Shown piece by piece: positions 28,146-36,653 of a stretch of 64,000 nucleotides of DNA. Every line of letters begins with the position of its first letter. The stretch's first letter is position 1. The translations under genes were made by a program, and so were the position numbers. The notes below the pieces were generated by a model. The model was not told where the DNA came from. It did no database searches and saw only the letters and a program-made list of their open reading frames with translations. Location: contig CALGLP010000023.1 of NCBI GenBank assembly GCA_937930175.1, forward strand, positions 100,872-164,871, written 5' to 3'. This stretch comes from an uncultured bacterium. Its GTDB lineage: Bacteria > Omnitrophota > Gorgyraeia > Zapsychrales > Aceulaceae.

Positions 28146-29819
28146 ATGCATAAACTCTCTGCTGTTTTAAGGTCGTTATTTCTTTCCTCGTGGCATCCGT
28201 TTGCCTCTTTTGCGGTGATTGGGTTTTTGGTTTACGGCCAAGCGCTCTTTTTCGGCTTTTCTTATCTTGACGATCATGTCTTGATACTCGAGCATCTTGG
28301 GGATCTCACAGATTTCTCACGCATGGGACAAATCTTCCAAGCAGATGTTTTTCGTCTTGCGGGGCAATCGGAAAGTTATTATCGGCCGCTTTTAATCCTG
28401 TCGTTTATGGTTAATGCTTTTGTGGGAGGGGCCCATCCTTGGGGCTACCATTTTGTCAATATCATGATCCATGTTATTGCTGCAGGCCTTGTCTTTGCAT
28501 TGCTTCTGCGTATGGGATTTGATCGCGTAAAAGCCTTCTGTTTGTCACTCTTGTTTCTGATCCATCCCGCGTTGACTCAGGCTGTGGCCTGGATTCCTGG
28601 ACGAAACGATTCTCTACTGGCGGTTTTCATTCTTTCTTCTTTTCTTTTCTTTATTCATTATGTTAAAACGTTTCGTGCTCGAGATTATTGGGGGCATCTT
28701 GTTTTTTTTCTTTGCGCGCTTCTGACCAAGGAATCTGCGGTTGTTCTGCCTCTTATGCTGGGTTCTTATTATTTCTTGGTCCAAAAAGAGAAATTTTTAG
28801 ACTTCCCGCTGAAAGTATCTGTCGGGTGGTTAGGATGTTTTTGTTTTTGGTTTGTTTTAAGAATGAGGGTTATTCACACAGATGCTCTATTGTTGCGGGA
28901 TGGGATAGCGTCGATCGCTACCAATAGCCCTGCGGTTCTTCTTTATTTGGGAAAGGTTTTTTTTCCATTTAATCTTTGTGTTTTTCCTATTCTTCCTGAT
29001 TCCCATTTTTGGTATGGCGCCCTATCTGCGATAACTATTGCAGCCCTTATTGTTTTCTCGAAAGAAAAGAATGGCAGGATGCTTTTTTTTGGATTTTTAT
29101 GGTTTTTTGTTTTTCTGGTGTTTGCCTTAATGCGCTTAGCGCAAAAAGCTGATTCGCCGGATTTCTTAGAACACCGTCTTTATGTGCCTATGATAGGATT
29201 AATTTTTGTATTAGCTGAATTAAAACCGTTTTCGTTTTTTGCGTATCGCAAAGTTTTGATGAGGTTTGTTTTCGTAACAGTTTTTTGTGTTTTTCTTGTG
29301 ATGAATGTAACCTATGTTCAGCATTTTAAGGATCGCGTGCTTTTTTGGCAAAACGCTGTTCACTGTTCGCCTCATTCAGCGTTTGCCCATGGCAACATGG
29401 GAGCCATGTATTTCTTGGAAGGTAAGGAGGAGGCCGCCGTTTATGAATATGCTAAGGCTCTCTATTTAAATCCGAAGCAAAAAATGATCTATAATAATTT
29501 CGGTCTTATTTTTATGCGACAACAGAAGTGGCGGGAAGCGCAGAAGGCTTTTCTGAAGGAAATTGATATCAATCCTCGCTATGCGGATGCGTATTATAAT
29601 TTTGGCCTTCTTTGCTATCGCCAGGGAAAGAAAGAACAGGCGCGTCAACTTATGCAGAAAGCTCTTAAGATTAATCCGGATTTTATTAGTGCCTATGAAG
29701 CCTTGGCGGTTGATTTTTATCAACAAGGGGATGAGCCTAAAGCCCGCTATTATTTTGAAGAACTTAAAAAGAGAAAAGTTTACGTAAGCAAGGAAATGCT
29801 AGACAATCTGGCCCTTTAA
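28146..29819 (+). CDS. Polytopic membrane protein with C-terminal TPR repeats (PMT_2 / DUF2723-like glycosyltransferase-family architecture)
   Basis: The 557-aa product has about 11 TM segments. These are followed by TPR repeats (AAVYEYAKALYLNPKQ ... ADAYYNFGLLCYRQGKKEQA ... AYEALAVDFYQQGD). Confidence 0.55.
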   Translation: MHKLSAVLRSLFLSSWHPFASFAVIGFLVYGQALFFGFSYLDDHVLILEHLGDLTDFSRMGQIFQADVFRLAGQSESYYRPLLILSFMVNAFVGGAHPWGYHFVNIMIHVIAAGLVFALLLRMGFDRVKAFCLSLLFLIHPALTQAVAWIPGRNDSLLAVFILSSFLFFIHYVKTFRARDYWGHLVFFLCALLTKESAVVLPLMLGSYYFLVQKEKFLDFPLKVSVGWLGCFCFWFVLRMRVIHTDALLLRDGIASIATNSPAVLLYLGKVFFPFNLCVFPILPDSHFWYGALSAITIAALIVFSKEKNGRMLFFGFLWFFVFLVFALMRLAQKADSPDFLEHRLYVPMIGLIFVLAELKPFSFFAYRKVLMRFVFVTVFCVFLVMNVTYVQHFKDRVLFWQNAVHCSPHSAFAHGNMGAMYFLEGKEEAAVYEYAKALYLNPKQKMIYNNFGLIFMRQQKWREAQKAFLKEIDINPRYADAYYNFGLLCYRQGKKEQARQLMQKALKINPDFISAYEALAVDFYQQGDEPKARYYFEELKKRKVYVSKEMLDNLAL

Positions 29820-29916
29820 ATGGTATTATTCTTTTTACGTGTTAGCTTTTAGTGACGACAAAAGAATAAAGAATTTTTATCCGGGGATCAATAGTATTTA
29901 GTGAAAGGGGAAGCAA

Positions 29917-30441
29917 ATGAATAAAAAGTTTTTTATTGTTTTGGCCATGAGTTTGATTTTGGCAGGATGCAGCTCTCCAAGCTCTTCGAATCTTTCTGAG
30001 GGTGTTTCTACGGAGGCTGTCTCAGCTCCCAATACCCCTGAGGCTTTTCAGCAAAAAGCCATGATGCTTTTGGCTCAAGGACAAGTGCCTGCCGCTATTG
30101 AGACCTTGCAGGAATCTATTGACCTTTTTCCGCAGGATCAGAATTCGTACTTTGCGTTAGCTCAAGTTTTTATGAAAATGGGTTCTTTTGATAATGCCAT
30201 TGCAGTTTGTCAAAAAGCAATCCAAAGCAATCCGGACAATGGCCACATCTATCTTCTTATGGCTGGGTGTTATGATCTCAAGAATGAGCCTCAAAAGGCG
30301 AGCGATCTTGTGAAGTTGAGCATGGCTGTTTTTCAGAAACAAAATGACACGAAGAATGCTGAAGCTGCCGCAGCTGTGTTGCAAAAACTGACAACTCAGG
30401 TAACAGATCAAGCACAAGCTTTGCAAAAGAACATTAAATAA
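29917..30441 (+). CDS. TPR-repeat lipoprotein
   Basis: Lipobox LILAGCSS. TPR-like repeats are present (FALAQVFMKMGSFDNAIAVCQKAIQSNPDN). Confidence 0.55.
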   Translation: MNKKFFIVLAMSLILAGCSSPSSSNLSEGVSTEAVSAPNTPEAFQQKAMMLLAQGQVPAAIETLQESIDLFPQDQNSYFALAQVFMKMGSFDNAIAVCQKAIQSNPDNGHIYLLMAGCYDLKNEPQKASDLVKLSMAVFQKQNDTKNAEAAAAVLQKLTTQVTDQAQALQKNIK

Positions 30442-30464
30442 AAAGGATCGTAATGAGCTGGAAC

Positions 30465-30500
30465 AGGGCGCCAGGTTCTGGCGCCCTTCTTATTTTTGTT
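30465..30500 (+). terminator. Intrinsic terminator downstream of the TPR lipoprotein gene
   Basis: Stem gggcgccag/ctggcgccc with loop gttc. It is followed by ttcttatttttgttt. Confidence 0.55.
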
Positions 30501-30600
30501 TCGTTTAAAAGGTTTACGATTACCTTAAACTAGTGGTATAATTTCTTTCAGTGATTCTTGTGGTGATTGAAATGAGAATTTTAATACAAGAAAGGATGTT

Positions 30601-30945
30601 ATGAAAAGGATAGGCGTGTTAACGATTTTTTGTCTTTTTCTTGGCCTAAGTCTGGCGCATGCTCATCCGCCAGCGTCGATAGATATCAAATACGATCAAG
30701 CTGCAAAGCAGATCACAGCGACGATTGATCATCAAGTGAGCAATCCTAAGAAGCATTTTATTGATCATATTATTCTGAAGGCTAATGGAATTGTTTTAGA
30801 GACAAAACGGTTTAGTTTCCAGGTAACGGCTCAAAAACAGATCGCTGTTTTCGCTATTCCTGACGCTAAGCCAGGGGACGTTATTGTCCTGGAATCTTAT
30901 TGCAACAAAGGTGGAAGGTTGAGCCAGCAGATTAGGGTTGAATAA
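30601..30945 (+). CDS. Small secreted protein of unknown function (114 aa)
   Basis: Signal peptide MKRIGVLTIFCLFLGLSLAHA. An RBS aaaggatg lies upstream. Confidence 0.45.
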   Translation: MKRIGVLTIFCLFLGLSLAHAHPPASIDIKYDQAAKQITATIDHQVSNPKKHFIDHIILKANGIVLETKRFSFQVTAQKQIAVFAIPDAKPGDVIVLESYCNKGGRLSQQIRVE

Positions 30946-31069
30946 TAAAATGTTCTTTATACAAGAAGGTTTTTGAAGATATGAATTTCTCTTTTGTTGC
31001 GTCTTCAATTTTCCTGTAAATGAAGTACCAAGGATGCTTGTCCTTGGTATAATGGGAAAGATTTTATTT

Positions 31070-31136
31070 AGGAAAATGTCCCTTGCTTACAATTACATCT
31101 GATTTTTAAATGAGGAAGTTGGAGCAGGGATAGATC
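31070..31136. repeat. Copy 1 of a ~67-nt direct repeat (aggaaaatgtcccttgct...aagttggagcagg)
   Basis: About 80% identical to the copy at 31320–31386, including an identical 18-mer at the 5' end and the shared aagttggagcagg. Further partial copies begin at 31154 and 31267. Confidence 0.5.
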
Positions 31137-31319
31137 TTTTAAGTAAGTCAATTGAGGAAAATGTCCCGTGCCCCGACTCTTCTGGAAAACGGAAAGGTTG
31201 TTGGGACAGGGACAAGACTTCTTAAAAATAGATAATAATGTAGCTTGTCCCTGACTCGATTTTCCTGGAAAATGTTTTTAGCGGTAATCGAGACGTGGTT
31301 ATTTCATCTGTAACAAATT

Positions 31320-31386
31320 TAGGAAAATGTCCCTTGCTCGCAACATCTCTAGATTTTTAAAGCAGGGAAGTTGGAGCAGGTCCAGA
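31320..31386. repeat. Copy 2 of the ~67-nt direct repeat, immediately upstream of tRNA-Arg. It may carry the tRNA promoter.
   Basis: See copy 1. It ends about 30 nt before the tRNA-Arg 5' end. Confidence 0.5.
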
Positions 31387-31417
31387 TTTCCCTAGAATGA
31401 AAACATTAAGGTTATCT

Positions 31418-31491
31418 GTCCCTGTAGCTCAGTTGGATAGAGCAACAGCCTTCTAAGCTGTGGGTCGGCCGTTCGACTCGGCCCAGGGACG
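31418..31491 (+). tRNA. tRNA-Arg (anticodon TCT)
   Basis: Cloverleaf: acceptor gtccctg/cagggac, D-arm gctcagttggatagagc, anticodon stem acagc/gctgt with loop ctTCTaa, T-stem ggccg/cggcc. CCA is not encoded. Confidence 0.85.
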
Positions 31492-31656
31492 TTTGAATTT
31501 AAAAGAAAGGTTTGCTCTCGATGGTTCATGAAGGAAAGTTTGTTAAACTTTAAAGCCTTGCGCTTGGATCGAGAATATAATCTTTGTTAAAATAAAGGAT
31601 GGAAAACTTATAGTTGCGAAGAATATTGACCAAGGGGTTTTAGCCCAAGGTGGTTT

Positions 31657-32619
31657 ATGAGAAAAATTCTAAGAATGTTGATTATTTTCTTTTTGGCGAT
31701 TCTTATCCTTTTAACGAGTGCGTATTTTTATTTGCGTTTGAAAGGCAAGGATCTTATTGTCCAAAGAATCGAGCAACAGCTTGGCCGGAAGGTTTCATTT
31801 GGTTCTGTTCTTTTTTCTTATCCTTTGACGGTTAAGATTGGTAATTTGAGCGTTGAAGGCTATGGGAGTGCTCAACAAGCCATTTTTTCTTTAAATGTGC
31901 CATATTTATTTATAGGAGAAGTTTATTTTTTTAGCATTGAGCTTCTGGACCCTTGGATGATCTCTACAAGAGGCGCCGATGAAAAGATTTCTTGGATTCC
32001 CGCATTGGTGCAGCCGCCCCAAACACAAGCGATAGGAGCTGCTGTTACGTCGGCAAAGTCTAAAAAAGCTGGGTTTGCTTTGTTTGCGCGCAAGGTCATT
32101 GTTCGCAACGGGACTTTTCAGGTCTTTGAAAGTTTAGGGGACAGCGCAAAACTTGCATTTCAGATAAAAAACATTGATGCTGAGATAGGGCACGTCAGTT
32201 TTCCCGTTAGCAAGCCTTTGAAGACAACTCTTGCGCTTAAAGCTCTTGTTTCTGGCTTTGATAGTCGCTTAACAGAGGAAGAATTTTCAATGAATGGATG
32301 GGTTGATTTTTATCAAAAGGACATGCTTGTGCAAGCTAAGCTTATTGGGGCCAATGGTCAAGTAGGTTTAAGCGCAGATATGACATCGATAACGAATGAT
32401 ATGACTGTTAAGGGTGTGATGAGTTTTGATTTTAAGGCCAAGACATCTGGGTCTAGTGAGAAGGAGTCAAGGGATGTGGAGAGTTTTCTTCTGCAGGCTT
32501 TGCAGTCCAGCGGGGCGAATGTGGATCTGAAATTTCAATTTAAGACGAAGATGGACGACTTTAAGGTGGAAAAAGTTTCATTGTCGGGAGAACTTAACAA
32601 GGAGTCGATTGCGAAATGA
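31657..32619 (+). CDS. Hypothetical membrane-anchored protein (320 aa). N-terminal signal anchor.
   Basis: N-terminal TM (MLIIFFLAILILLTSAYFYL). No recognisable catalytic motif. It lies between two tRNA genes. Confidence 0.45.
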   Translation: MRKILRMLIIFFLAILILLTSAYFYLRLKGKDLIVQRIEQQLGRKVSFGSVLFSYPLTVKIGNLSVEGYGSAQQAIFSLNVPYLFIGEVYFFSIELLDPWMISTRGADEKISWIPALVQPPQTQAIGAAVTSAKSKKAGFALFARKVIVRNGTFQVFESLGDSAKLAFQIKNIDAEIGHVSFPVSKPLKTTLALKALVSGFDSRLTEEEFSMNGWVDFYQKDMLVQAKLIGANGQVGLSADMTSITNDMTVKGVMSFDFKAKTSGSSEKESRDVESFLLQALQSSGANVDLKFQFKTKMDDFKVEKVSLSGELNKESIAK

Positions 32620-32719
32620 AGCCAGAGATGTGGCGTGGCGGGGTGACCAAATTTTCTTGAGAGAGTGTTAAGGAAATTTGGTCACCCCGCTACTGTTCTG
32701 GAAAAAAAATAGAGGTAAT

Positions 32720-32798
32720 GGTGGATGTAGCTCAGTTTGGTTAGAGCACAAGATTGTGGATCTTGGGGTCGAGGGTTCAAATCCCTTCATCCACCCCA
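32720..32798 (+). tRNA. tRNA-His (anticodon GTG), with the characteristic extra 5' G(-1)
   Basis: G-1 plus acceptor gtggatg/catccac. Discriminator C, CCA encoded. Anticodon stem caaga/tcttg with loop ttGTGga. T-loop ttcaaat. Confidence 0.85.
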
Positions 32799-33013
32799 GT
32801 AATTATCCTTTCTAGTAAGAGAGGGTCGAGATAGAAGCCTAGATGATATTAAATCATCTGGGCTTTGTGCATCTCCAAACGTTCCACATTGTTAGTCAGT
32901 AGTAATGATAGGCATATTTTTTTAAGCTATATTTATGCTACAATCTAATAAATTAATTTATTTGGAAATTATAAGTATTTTATAAAACAAATCATCGTTG
33001 CAGAGGACCATCA

Positions 33014-35143
33014 ATGGAAGCAAAAAGATTTGGAACATTTGAAGGCGTTTTTACGCCCACGGTCTTAAGTATTTTGGGCGTGGTCATGTATCTGCGTTTG
33101 GGTTGGGTTGTGGGTCAGGTTGGCCTCGCTGGAGCGCTGACCATTGTTGTCATGAGCAATCTGATTACGTTGTGCACCGGGCTTTCGATTGCAAGCATTA
33201 CGACTAACATTCGAATAGGCACGGGAGGTGCTTATGCGATTATTTCGAAGTCTCTTGGGCTTGAGGTTGGAGGGGCCATTGGGATTCCGCTGTATCTTTG
33301 CCAATCCATTTCTGTAGCTTTTTATATTACTGGTTTTAGTGAATGTTGGGTTTCTATTTTTCCTCAACATATTTTTATATTTGTTTCTGTTATCACCTGG
33401 TTTGCCTTGCTTATTATTTCATATATTAGTGCAAAATTTGCTTTTCGCCTTCAAATTGTTATTTTGGGTATTATTGCGCTTTCTCTTTTATCTATTTTTT
33501 TAGGTAAGAGCACGCTTGATCAACCTATTGCTTTTTGGTATGGCTTGGGGCAGATGAGTTTTTGGAAAGTGTTTGCGATCTTTTTTCCTGCCGTCACGGG
33601 TATTTTAGCAGGCGTTAGCATGTCTGGAGAGCTTAAGGAGCCCGAGCGCAGCATTCCTTATGGAACGCTTCTGGCGATTGTGGTTACCTTTGGTGTTTAT
33701 GTGGCATTGTCGTCTTGGTTTGCGTTTGCTGCCAAGCCGCAAGATTTGGTTGAGAACACGTCGATTATTATTGGCTTGGCGCGATGGCGTTCTTTGGTTA
33801 TTGCCGGGATTATGGGCGCAACGCTTTCTTCGGCCCTGAGCATGTTTGTGGCATCTCCTAGGACTCTTTTGGCGCTTAGCAAGCAGAGGATTGTTCCATT
33901 CTCTTCAGTTTTTAATCGTCTTAATGCTAAGGGTGAGCCTGCCCCAGCCATTCTTTTTACTGCCTTACTTGCGTTGGCAACGATTTCCATGGGAACCCTT
34001 AATACCATTGCAGGTATTCTGACTATGTTCTTTCTTATTACGTATGGAACGCTGAATGTCACTGTTTTTATAGAGAAGGTGACTGGGATTGCAAGCTTTC
34101 GCCCCACATTCAAGATCCCTGCCGTTGTATCGCTGGTCGGTGGATTTGGTTGTTTATACGCGATGGTTCTTATTAATCAACTTTTTAGCATTATTGCTAT
34201 AGCTGTCACGGCTATTATTTATATCGTTCTTGTGCGAAAACATATTCAGAGCAATCTTCCTGATGCGCGTAAAGGTATTTTTATTTTTATTGCAGAACAG
34301 GCAACTAAGGTTGCTTCGCGACTTCCTTATCATCCCAAGATATGGAAGCCTAATCTTCTTATTCCTGTTAAAGATCCTCGGGATTGGTTAAACATGGTTG
34401 ATTTTATCAAAGCTATTGTTTCCCCTCGGGGAAGGGTTGTTCTTTTTAATATTATGGATCAAAAGGTTTCTGATCTAGCTACTGAAAAAAAGAAGGTTTC
34501 CCAAGGGCTTTTGTCTTTGGCTGCACCGCTTAAGGATGACGATATTTTTATTTCTTCTTTTGTGGTGGATGCAAGTCAATTTGTAGAAGGAGCGACAATT
34601 GTGACGCAAACCTTGCTAGGATCGCCTTTACCTCCTAATGTATTGTTTGTTATGCTTGGGATCGATCAAGGTAAAGATCAGAAGATTAAAGATTTTATCT
34701 CTCAGGCAAAGGTTTTAGGATTAGGTATTATTATTTTTAGGCTTCATCCAAGAATCGCTTTCGCCAAGAAGCAAGTGATTAATCTCTGGGTTAGAAGGGG
34801 GAGTCCTAATATTCATTTGGCTATCTTGATTAGTTTACAGTTAGAAAGAAATTGGGAAGGTCGCTTGCGACTTGTACAAGTTTTCAAAGACGCTGGTGAG
34901 AAGTTAGAGGCGCAAATTTATTTTGATAAGCTTAAAAAACTTATGAGGCTACCGCAGGAAACAGAGGTTGCCATCATGTGCGGCTCTTTTGAAGAATCGC
35001 TGCTTAAGGCACCTTTGGCTGATATCAATATTTTTGGCGTAACAAAAGAGCTCAATACTTCTTTTATCAGGGAGATTTCTGATAAGATTAATACATCGGT
35101 ACTTTTTTTAGAAGATTCTCACCAAGAAAACGCTATTGAATAG
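33014..35143 (+). CDS. SLC12-family cation-chloride cotransporter homologue (APC superfamily)
   Basis: The N-terminus (FGTFEGVFTPTVLSILGVVMYLRLGWVVGQ) is near-identical to the SLC12 TM1 signature. The product has 12 TM segments plus a large C-terminal cytoplasmic domain (709 aa). Confidence 0.75.
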   Translation: MEAKRFGTFEGVFTPTVLSILGVVMYLRLGWVVGQVGLAGALTIVVMSNLITLCTGLSIASITTNIRIGTGGAYAIISKSLGLEVGGAIGIPLYLCQSISVAFYITGFSECWVSIFPQHIFIFVSVITWFALLIISYISAKFAFRLQIVILGIIALSLLSIFLGKSTLDQPIAFWYGLGQMSFWKVFAIFFPAVTGILAGVSMSGELKEPERSIPYGTLLAIVVTFGVYVALSSWFAFAAKPQDLVENTSIIIGLARWRSLVIAGIMGATLSSALSMFVASPRTLLALSKQRIVPFSSVFNRLNAKGEPAPAILFTALLALATISMGTLNTIAGILTMFFLITYGTLNVTVFIEKVTGIASFRPTFKIPAVVSLVGGFGCLYAMVLINQLFSIIAIAVTAIIYIVLVRKHIQSNLPDARKGIFIFIAEQATKVASRLPYHPKIWKPNLLIPVKDPRDWLNMVDFIKAIVSPRGRVVLFNIMDQKVSDLATEKKKVSQGLLSLAAPLKDDDIFISSFVVDASQFVEGATIVTQTLLGSPLPPNVLFVMLGIDQGKDQKIKDFISQAKVLGLGIIIFRLHPRIAFAKKQVINLWVRRGSPNIHLAILISLQLERNWEGRLRLVQVFKDAGEKLEAQIYFDKLKKLMRLPQETEVAIMCGSFEESLLKAPLADINIFGVTKELNTSFIREISDKINTSVLFLEDSHQENAIE

Positions 35144-35176
35144 ATTTTTTTTGTAATTTATAGAGAGGAGTACAAA

Positions 35177-35863
35177 ATGATTGCGTTGTTTAGTTTATTA
35201 ATCATTATTGCTATGTCTGTTGTTGTTGTGCGTATAGGTTCGATTGCCTTAGAGCTTACAGGAATCTCTTCCGACATAGCCTCTTTTCAGGCGCAGTCAG
35301 CTTTCTCGGGAGTAGGCTTTACGACGGTTGAGTCCGAAGCTATTGTGACACATCCTGTGCGCAGGCGTATTATTAGAATTCTTATCCTTTTGGGAAGCGC
35401 GGGTGTGACAACCGCGATCGCAACGCTTGTCTTGGCATTTGTAGGACAAACCGGTACTAGCATTCTCGCTAAAGGAGGCGTGTTGCTTGCAGGGCTTTTG
35501 TCTATCTTTTTGTTTGCTCGCTCAAAGCATATTTATAATGCCATGAAAGTGATTATTACTGGGGCTCTTGAAAAATGGACGACTTTACGTATTTATGATT
35601 ATGAGCAGCTTTTTGGCTTAGGAGAAGGTTATGCCATTGCAAAAATTACGGTTAGGGAGGATAATCCGTGCAGTGAGAAGTCACTTAAGGACATTAAGGC
35701 ACAGTTAGGCGAAGTGCTTATTTTGGCTATTTATCGCAAGGTTGATAAAAAAATACAATTTATTGGGGCTCCGCATGGAGATGTCGTTCTTAAGATTGAT
35801 GATGAATTAATATGCTATGCCAAGGAACAAGCCATTAGCAAGATTTTTTTACCAACAAAATAA
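35177..35863 (+). CDS. Membrane protein with a C-terminal RCK_C (TrkA-C) domain
   Basis: N-terminal TM helices. The C-terminus (ITVREDNPCSEKSLKDIKAQLGEVLILAIYRKVDKKIQFIGAPHGDVVLKIDDELICYA) looks like TrkA-C. It is adjacent to the SLC12 gene. Confidence 0.5.
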   Translation: MIALFSLLIIIAMSVVVVRIGSIALELTGISSDIASFQAQSAFSGVGFTTVESEAIVTHPVRRRIIRILILLGSAGVTTAIATLVLAFVGQTGTSILAKGGVLLAGLLSIFLFARSKHIYNAMKVIITGALEKWTTLRIYDYEQLFGLGEGYAIAKITVREDNPCSEKSLKDIKAQLGEVLILAIYRKVDKKIQFIGAPHGDVVLKIDDELICYAKEQAISKIFLPTK

Positions 35864-36097
35864 CAATAGCTTGTTTTTAGGGAGATGGTTCTTTATTCAA
35901 GAGTTTTTATGCTGGAGTTTCTTAGTGCAAGCAAGCTTCTAAAGAAAAAATTTTCTTTAGAATGACAAAACTTTTTCAAACAAAGAGAGATTGCCCAGAT
36001 AATAACGCTATTCACTGGACGAGAGGATTTCTTAGGGCAGATAGTCCTAGGACCCTTGTATGTCGTGTCTCATTGCAGCATAATGAGCTACAATAAG

Positions 36098-36130
36098 TCT
36101 CCGACGGGATAACCTGTCGGAGATTTTTAT
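36098..36130 (+). terminator. Orphan intrinsic terminator in an AT-rich non-coding region
   Basis: 11-bp stem (tctccgacggg/cctgtcggaga, one G·U pair) with tetraloop ataa, followed by tttttat. No annotated ORF ends here. Confidence 0.5.
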
Positions 36131-36542
36131 CTATCGATGTTCTTAGGATTTAGGGCATTATTTCTGTTGCGGAATTCTGTGATATTTTAAGACACGATTT
36201 CCGTTGGAAAAAAGAGAACTATAAAGAATAATTTTTTAAGAAATCGTGAAAATCCTCTTGTAGTTCTTGATTCCTAGTTTATGGCATATTTGTTAGTTTT
36301 TTAAGATTTTATTTTCTAAAATAAGTATAAACTAAAGGTGAGGACAACAATCAACAGAGAGTAGAATTTTACTTTGCAAGATAAATATCTTATTAACGCA
36401 TTATTTATTGATAATATTGATTATTATTGGTGAAATAGTTCGAATTTCTTTAAGGAATGATGAGAGGATGTTTTCTCGCAAGGTTTAGGCCTCTCCAGAG
36501 CCTTAGTAATATGCCTTTTGACGGGAGAGATAATCCAACGAT

Positions 36543-36580
36543 AGCGCTGATCCGAAATCGGGATCAGCGCTATTTTTTTA
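36543..36580 (+). terminator. Second orphan intrinsic terminator, ~75 bp upstream of the epimerase gene
   Basis: Perfect 11-bp stem (agcgctgatcc/ggatcagcgct) with loop gaaatcg, followed by attttttta. Confidence 0.55.
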
Positions 36581-36585
36581 AATTT

Positions 36586-36616
36586 TTGTGTAATGTCATG
36601 AGGAGTCAGTATAATA
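36586..36616 (+). promoter_or_regulatory. Candidate sigma70 promoter for the epimerase/M15 operon (ttgtgt-N18-tataat)
   Basis: -35-like and consensus -10 hexamers with 18-nt spacing, about 40 nt upstream of the ATG at 36654. Identified by eye. Confidence 0.3.
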
Positions 36617-36653
36617 CTAATAGAGTATTCTTCTAAAATTTAACAGGAACATA

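Noticed and set aside
31066-31417. CRISPR array upstream of tRNA-Arg
   Set aside because: Repeat copies are 67 nt long, only ~80% identical and irregularly spaced. There are no cas genes. This does not fit a CRISPR array.
35864-36653. Assigning the non-coding stretch to a known ncRNA (RNase P, tmRNA, SRP or 6S)
   Set aside because: None of the conserved motifs (for example AGGAAAGUCCGGGCUCC or a tRNA-like 3' end with CCA) could be found by eye. It is left as an unclassified candidate.
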